Virus record (IMG/VR): IMGVR_UViG_3300034041_000023
Length of the DNA: 6,076 nt
From: a virus
Reading direction: 5' to 3' (one strand)
Under the pieces are notes generated by a model. The model was not told the origin of the DNA. It made no database searches and saw only the letters and a program-made list of their open reading frames with translations. Shown piece by piece: positions 1-3,341 of the stretch (position 1 is the stretch's first letter; each line of letters starts with the position of its first letter). A program made the translations under genes and the position numbers.

Positions 1-94
1 CAGTTCTAAGGCCTTTTGCTCGGCCGCTTTGCGTCCGGTTAATACATCGTCTAATTGGTCGAATGTATTGGTCATAGCCGTTTGAGACATTAGA
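1..94. repeat. Terminal direct repeat, copy A. Identical to 5983..6076. Overlap produced by linearising a circular genome (unit length 5,982 nt).
   Basis: Read directly: bases 1-94 (cagttctaaggcc...gagacattaga) recur base for base at 5983-6076. The repeat lies inside a reading frame that stays open across the junction. Confidence 0.97.
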
Positions 95-285
95 GGCGGG
101 CGAGTAGCGCCAGCATATCCACCCCGAATGACTTCGAGAGGATTTATGCCAGCTTCGCGCGCCTGTCTCACGGCATCTTTAATTCGGTTGTCAAAAGCGT
201 CTTGCTTTTGCTTGCCCGAAAGCAAGTTGCCGATCAATCCAAGAACCGGACTAATCGGCAAGCCGAATAGAGTTTCAATAGCCAT
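1..285 (-). CDS. VP2: DNA pilot / minor capsid protein (VP2/H-like), N-terminal part. The true start codon is at 285. The gene crosses the circular junction (5506..6076 then 95..285 in circular terms, 253 aa in total).
   Basis: ATG at 285..283 with GGAAG 8 nt upstream. Hand translation gives MAIETLFGLPISPVLGLIGNLLSGKQKQDAFDNRIKDAVRQAREAGINPLEVIRGGYAGATRPPL, which runs without a stop into the MSQTAMTN... ORF of the track (195 nt = 65 codons, same frame). A Gly/Leu-rich hydrophobic N-terminus followed by an AGINPL-type motif resembles microvirus pilot proteins as I remember them. The gene sits directly upstream of the capsid gene. Confidence 0.8.
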   Translation of the reverse strand, partial: MAIETLFGLPISPVLGLIGNLLSGKQKQDAFDNRIKDAVRQAREAGINPLEVIRGGYAGATRPPLMSQTAMTNTFDQLDDVLTGRKAAEQKALEL

Positions 286-458
286 TAAAGCAGCTTCCGA
301 ACAAAGAGATCGAAAACAATACCGACCGCAAGCGGAACGGCATTTACGACCAAGTTAACGTCGTGCTCGACGTAGCCGAGCGTTGCGATATATGCGCCCG
401 CCATCGTTCCGAGGCGGTGCGACATAGGTTTAACAATCTGTTCCAAAATCCAATACAT
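285..458 (-). CDS. Small hydrophobic protein, 57 aa (hypothetical; possible membrane or lysis accessory protein)
   Basis: ATG at 458 preceded by AGAAAGGG (SD-like) 4-5 nt upstream, lying in the last codons of the upstream ORF. Product: MYWILEQIVKPMSHRLGTMAGAYIATLGYVEHDVNLVVNAVPLAVGIVFDLFVRKLL. It has one clear hydrophobic stretch of about 20 aa (VNLVVNAVPLAVGIVFDLFV) and a weaker one (LGTMAGAYIATLGYV). Its TAA stop (287..285) overlaps the VP2 ATG (285..283) as TAATG. Confidence 0.55.
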   Translation of the reverse strand: MYWILEQIVKPMSHRLGTMAGAYIATLGYVEHDVNLVVNAVPLAVGIVFDLFVRKLL

Positions 459-460
459 GC

Positions 461-790
461 TTACCCTTTCTTCGTGCAGTAAGGAATGAAGCGGCGGGAA
501 TTCCCGCCTTTGCTTCGGTTGTCTTTGGGACGTTGTTTGCACGTCTCACGCCTCAAAGGCTCGGGAGGCGGCCTTTCTGGATTGCGTGCCTCAACAACGT
601 CCCGCGAACGGTTCACGAGTGACCCGTCCGCTACCGAATTATCAACGCGACCAATGCGTTGATAATCGGAAAAGGTATCAATCAGACCCCGACGACGCCT
701 AGAAGCTATGACCCTTCGGTCATAAGCTGGACGCGGTGCCAAGTTACTTGGGGTATCGTCGCGGGTGCGTGATCGTGATTTTCTGGCCAT
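461..790 (-). CDS. Arg-rich basic protein, 109 aa (hypothetical; possible ssDNA-binding or packaging protein, J/ORF8/VP5-like role)
   Basis: ATG at 790 with AGGGGG 6-7 nt upstream, 23 nt after the rep stop. By hand count it has about 23 Arg and 6 Lys against 13 Asp/Glu. N-terminus is MARKSRSRTRDD..., with an internal RRRR. Same strand and tight spacing with neighbours. No recognisable catalytic motif. Confidence 0.55.
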   Translation of the reverse strand: MARKSRSRTRDDTPSNLAPRPAYDRRVIASRRRRGLIDTFSDYQRIGRVDNSVADGSLVNRSRDVVEARNPERPPPEPLRRETCKQRPKDNRSKGGNSRRFIPYCTKKG

Positions 791-813
791 AGTAGCCCCC
801 TGATGCTGTTAGC

Positions 814-1773
814 CTATTTTAAGACATAGTTTTGCGCCGCGCGCAAGTCTCTTAACAGAAGTTCGTTTTTGTAATCCGCCATCTCCCTATCGGTCATGGG
901 CGGCTGTTCGAACCGTCGGGTGCCCTGCTGATCTTCGTAATATTCGAATATATGCGCATAGTGGCCCTTGTCGAAATCATCTTTCAACTTTTTCAGGATG
1001 TAGCGCCGATAGGCGTTTTCCATCCATTCAGTCTTCACAGCGTTGCGACCTTCCGGCCAGAGCTCAAAGAGCCGGTCGAAATATTCCTCTTGGGCTTTGC
1101 CTTGCAAAGTGTATCGCCAGCCGGACCGATGCGCAAACGGCGGTGTATAGTTGAAATTGCGCGGAAACACTCGCATTTCTGCTTGTCTTTCCGCTAGTTG
1201 ACGCACCATCGCTTGCCCTAAAATCGGGCGCTTTGAGTATCCTATCCACTCGGATAGGTGCTGCGTCTTATCGCGCTTTTTCTTGCGCTCTTGTTCTTTG
1301 GCTTTCACCAGATATTTGACAATATATCTGATTTTCGCCTCAGAGGCCCCGTAATCTGCGTAGACATAGCCCCAAGGCCAATGCTTCCAGCTTACGTAGG
1401 GTTTTTTTTCTGGTATGTCGGGCGGTAGCCCTTGCCCCATGAGGAGGCAATGAAAATGGGTGCGACCCTTTCTTTCGCCATATTCCCCAGCGGCAACATA
1501 CTTAAACTGCCAGTGCCGCCTTAAACGACGTTGGAATTTTTGGAAATCTTCGACGTTAACCACCTTTGTTTGCAAAGGGTTTATGATCTTTCGGTCATCG
1601 TAGGTCAGTGTTAGGGCTAGCGTCCAATCGCTGTCAGCAGCTTCCATTAATGTTCGACCAATTAGGTCAAACATTTTGTTTTTGTTGCAAGCGTAACAGT
1701 GGTTGCACGGAACCAACACTTTTTCAAAGGAAGGCCCGACGGGCTTCCAGATAGGTTGAGGGTTAACGCACAT
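814..1773 (-). CDS. VP4: Replication initiation protein (Microviridae VP4 / gene A-like HUH endonuclease), 319 aa
   Basis: ATG at 1773 with GAGGT 8 nt upstream (1786..1782). N-terminal Cys cluster PCNHCYACNKNK. HUH superfamily motifs are in the right order: motif I LTLTY (aa 54-58), motif II HFHCLL (aa 106-111), motif III with paired tyrosines YIVKY (Y150/Y154). Confidence 0.95.
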   Translation of the reverse strand: MCVNPQPIWKPVGPSFEKVLVPCNHCYACNKNKMFDLIGRTLMEAADSDWTLALTLTYDDRKIINPLQTKVVNVEDFQKFQRRLRRHWQFKYVAAGEYGERKGRTHFHCLLMGQGLPPDIPEKKPYVSWKHWPWGYVYADYGASEAKIRYIVKYLVKAKEQERKKKRDKTQHLSEWIGYSKRPILGQAMVRQLAERQAEMRVFPRNFNYTPPFAHRSGWRYTLQGKAQEEYFDRLFELWPEGRNAVKTEWMENAYRRYILKKLKDDFDKGHYAHIFEYYEDQQGTRRFEQPPMTDREMADYKNELLLRDLRAAQNYVLK

Positions 1774-1798
1774 GTATTTTTACCTCGTTAGGCGTGAC

Positions 1799-1840
1799 GG
1801 CAGTTAGAATACGGTATCAAGTAGGTGTATTCTAACGGCC
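1799..1840 (-). promoter_or_regulatory. Hairpin with a phiX174-origin-like decamer in its loop: candidate viral-strand replication origin (Rep nick site)
   Basis: Perfect 10-bp stem 1803-1812 (gttagaatac) / 1827-1836 (gtattctaac). It extends to 14 bp (1799-1840) with one mismatch at 1802/1837. The 14-nt loop reads ACCTACTTGATACC on the coding strand. CTACTTGATA (complement of 1815-1824) matches the phiX174 ori decamer CAACTTGATA at 9/10 positions. The structure is certain; the function is inferred. Confidence 0.5.
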
Positions 1841-1858
1841 CGCAAATTTACAAGTAAA
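1829..1858 (-). promoter_or_regulatory. Possible sigma70-type promoter for rep and the downstream gene train
   Basis: On the minus strand: TTTACT (1858..1853), an 18-nt spacer, then TAGAAT (1834..1829), about 55 nt upstream of the rep ATG. Hexamer matches are 4/6 and 5/6. The host is unknown, so this is weak. Confidence 0.25.
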
Positions 1859-1873
1859 TTTGCGGGCCGTTAG
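1832..1873. repeat. Perfect palindrome (20-nt arms) that overlaps the candidate ori hairpin by 5 nt
   Basis: ctaacggcccgcaaatttac (1832-1851), aa, gtaaatttgcgggccgttag (1854-1873). The arms are exact reverse complements. It shares CTAAC 1832-1836 with the right arm of the 1803-1836 hairpin, so the two folds exclude each other. Confidence 0.9.
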
Positions 1874-1881
1874 AGTTTTCG

Positions 1882-1906
1882 TCGCTTCGCTCCGTTCGCT
1901 TCGCTC
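1882..1906. repeat. Direct repeat TCGCTTCGCTC x2 (1882-1892, 1896-1906). A third 10-nt copy lies at 2177-2186.
   Basis: Read directly. The third copy sits in the loop of hairpin unit 1 of the tandem repeat. Unit 2 carries the variant TCGCTGCGCT (2243-2252). Confidence 0.85.
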
Positions 1907-1923
1907 ATTTTGTCGCGCTAACG

Positions 1924-2013
1924 CGCGGCTTTGTTCGCACCACGCCCAGACAGCGCGCACGTAGTGACCCTTCGGGGCTGACTGTCTCGGCGTGGTGCCT
2001 GCGCCGCGTTTTT
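1924..2013. other. Long compound hairpin followed by T5 on the + strand
   Basis: Base stem cgcggc (1924-1929) / gccgcg (2003-2008). Main stem 1937-1953 / 1982-1998 is 17 bp with one C-C mismatch (1947/1988). Apical CCC-TTCG-GGG sits at 1968-1977. TTTTT at 2009-2013. Confidence 0.8.
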
Positions 2014-2084
2014 GGGTTAGCGCATTTTTAGTTAGATCGTTTGCGTGTAACCTGCTGCGATCCGGCTAAAGCCCATTCTGATAG

Positions 2085-2110
2085 GCAAATTCGGCGAATT
2101 TGCTTTTCTG
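2085..2110. other. Small AT-rich hairpin GCAAATT-cggcg-AATTTGC followed by TTTTCTG on the + strand
   Basis: Stem 2085-2091 / 2097-2103, loop 2092-2096, T4 at 2104-2107. The same GCAAATT/AATTTGC arms occur within the 1832-1873 palindrome (1842-1848 / 1857-1863). Confidence 0.7.
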
Positions 2111-2127
2111 CTTGACTACCGTTGGTT

Positions 2128-2300
2128 CGGGGGGCGGTGCCCACCCATCGCTTTTACCCGTGTTCTTGGTCAATGCTCGCTTCGCTGCGCGTTGACCAGG
2201 AACACTTCTGTTGCGTTCGGTAATCGTGTTCTTGGTCAATGCTCGCTGCGCTGTGCGTTGACCAGGAACACTTGCGTTGTGGTAGCGATGGCCCACCCCC
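2128..2300. repeat. Composite structured element: two tandem 66-nt hairpin units enclosed by an 8-bp stem and G6/C6 runs
   Basis: Unit 1 stem is gtgttcttggtcaa 2160-2173 / ttgaccaggaacac 2192-2205. Unit 2 stem is 2226-2239 / 2258-2271. Each stem is 14 bp with the same single T-G position, and each loop is 18 nt. The unit cores differ at only 2 loop positions. Flanks: ccatcgct 2144-2151 pairs with agcgatgg 2284-2291, and cgggggg (2128-2134) pairs with ccccccg (2296-2302 approx). Confidence 0.9.
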
Positions 2301-2405
2301 CGTTTTCTGAGGGCGTAACGCCTCTTTCTTTGCTATGAAGGGGGTAAGGCCGATTTAATCGTTTCACCCCCGCCTTGAGGCTATTTTGGGGGTTAGAAAC
2401 GAATT

Positions 2406-2426
2406 GGGGGCGCAGTTAGCGCCCCC
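2406..2426 (-). terminator. GC-rich hairpin immediately after the last minus-strand ORF: candidate terminator of the gene train (possibly bidirectional)
   Basis: gggggcgc (2406-2413), agtta, gcgccccc (2419-2426): a perfect 8-bp stem. On the minus strand it begins 5 nt after the TAA of the 49-aa ORF and is followed by AATTCGTTTCT, which is only moderately U-rich. On the + strand it is followed by TTGTTTAGTT. Confidence 0.5.
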
Positions 2427-2430
2427 TTGT

Positions 2431-2580
2431 TTAGTTCTGTGGTCCAATGTGAGACTTTTGGACCTTTTGCCTATCCTCAACATGGTTCCAAACGTTGGAG
2501 ATATGCTCGCTCAAATGAGCATTGAGCGTTATCAACTGTTTGAAGTCGAGGCGGCATATAGCGTCAATGGCATCAGCCAT
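2431..2580 (-). CDS. Small hydrophilic protein, 49 aa (hypothetical), not in the supplied ORF track
   Basis: Hand translation from ATG 2580 gives MADAIDAICRLDFKQLITLNAHLSEHISNVWNHVEDRQKVQKSHIGPQN, stop TAA at 2433..2431. The ATG lies 10 nt after the peptidase stop, and the spacer AGAAAAGGCA contains AAGG. It is on the same strand as all other genes and is followed at once by the 2406-2426 hairpin. Confidence 0.45.
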   Translation of the reverse strand: MADAIDAICRLDFKQLITLNAHLSEHISNVWNHVEDRQKVQKSHIGPQN

Positions 2581-2590
2581 TGCCTTTTCT

Positions 2591-3298
2591 TTATTGATCA
2601 TGATTGTAATTCCCTGTGGTAATTCGAGTTGCCGAATAAGGAGTGCTTACCTCGTGGAAGCCATCAGGAAGCACTTTAGCGCGGTTGATCCAATCGCTTA
2701 ACTGCCAGTGGGCAGGATCCCATTTAAACCGATCGTTAGGATCACGAAGGGAAGCAGCGAATTGGTTGCCGCTTTCATCGCCGCCCCAAACGATTTTGGT
2801 TCCATTGCCCAAGCGCATTTGCTTGGCAATGCGTTTGCCGGTCATGCCGACATAAAGCCAAAACTCTTTGGGGCAATCCCAATGGTGGTAGGCGTGAACA
2901 ATATCAAGAGCGCAAGAGCGCTGATGAGGTCCGCTCAGAACCTTAGAGAAACCGGCAGAAGCCAGTTCATACTGAAGTTCTGGCGAACGATAGACTGTAT
3001 GAACATACATGGGCACACCGTCCTTGCGGAATTGCCGAAACAGTTTTTCGGCGAATTCTCGCAATTCAGGAGGACAGCCAACCCAGTTGGCTTTGGCATG
3101 TAGTTTCAACATGTAGTCGCTATTGAAAGCGTCAGGTTCCGCTTTCAAATATTGAAGTTGCTTTGCAACGTCAGTTGGGAACCACTTTTCAAAGGGATCA
3201 ATCGGAAAGTTAACTTTCCGGCCTCGTGCCTTTTCAAAGAGTTCGCGGATTGTCGAAACGACATATCCAGCTTTTAACAGATCCAATTTCCAGTTCAT
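2591..3298 (-). CDS. Zinc metallopeptidase of the LAS / peptidase M15 (VanY / L-Ala-D-Glu peptidase-like) type, 235 aa: probable peptidoglycan hydrolase (endolysin)
   Basis: ATG at 3298 with AAAGG 7 nt upstream. Motifs are in canonical order: YRSPELQ (aa 103-109); SGPHQRSCALD with H125 and D132, matching the H-x6-D part of the S-x-H-x-x-G-x-A-x-D signature (A and D in register); WGGD (aa 171-174); and DPAHW with H197 (the D-x-x-H motif). Codons were checked on the sequence: H125 = 2924-2926, D132 = 2903-2905, H197 = 2708-2710. No signal peptide or TM segment at the N-terminus. Confidence 0.8.
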   Translation of the reverse strand: MNWKLDLLKAGYVVSTIRELFEKARGRKVNFPIDPFEKWFPTDVAKQLQYLKAEPDAFNSDYMLKLHAKANWVGCPPELREFAEKLFRQFRKDGVPMYVHTVYRSPELQYELASAGFSKVLSGPHQRSCALDIVHAYHHWDCPKEFWLYVGMTGKRIAKQMRLGNGTKIVWGGDESGNQFAASLRDPNDRFKWDPAHWQLSDWINRAKVLPDGFHEVSTPYSATRITTGNYNHDQ

Positions 3299-3319
3299 TT
3301 TGAGCCTTTCAGATGTAGT

Positions 3320-3341
3320 GGAAGGGCGAGACCGCCCTTCC
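3320..3341. other. Intercistronic hairpin between the 169-aa gene and the peptidase gene
   Basis: ggaagggcg (3320-3328), agac, cgcccttcc (3333-3341): a perfect 9-bp stem in a 58-nt spacer. The T-rich run (tattattt) follows it on the + strand only. Confidence 0.8.

Noticed and set aside
128-358. 76-aa + strand ORF
   Set aside because: It is antisense to the N-terminal part of VP2 and to the 57-aa ORF, with no SD and a Ser/Arg/Pro-rich low-complexity product.
285-542. 85-aa version of the small hydrophobic ORF
   Set aside because: The upstream start at 542 is GTG with no SD, and it would overlap 80 nt of the Arg-rich ORF. The internal ATG at 458 has a good SD and starts 2 nt after that ORF's stop.
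2121-2150. GGTTCGGGG, a T-arm-like string suggesting a tRNA
   Set aside because: No matching 5-bp T-stem partner, acceptor stem, D-arm or anticodon arm can be built around it.
2159-2271. Tandem palindromic repeats as a CRISPR array
   Set aside because: There are only two units, the material between the stems is itself part of the repeat (not unique spacers), the 66-nt units abut one another, and there are no cas genes in a 6-kb phage.
1774-2430. XerC/XerD dif-like or other attachment site for lysogeny
   Set aside because: I looked for the ATAA-N6-TTAT core with flanking arms typical of dif sites and found nothing convincing. There is no integrase gene. I cannot exclude a divergent site without a search against candidate host dif sequences.
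2386-2622. 78-aa + strand ORF in the supplied track
   Set aside because: It has a TTG start inside a G-run, reads straight through the 2406-2426 hairpin and overlaps the peptidase 3' end. It is the only candidate gene on the + strand. The minus-strand 49-aa ORF with an ATG and SD explains the open region better.
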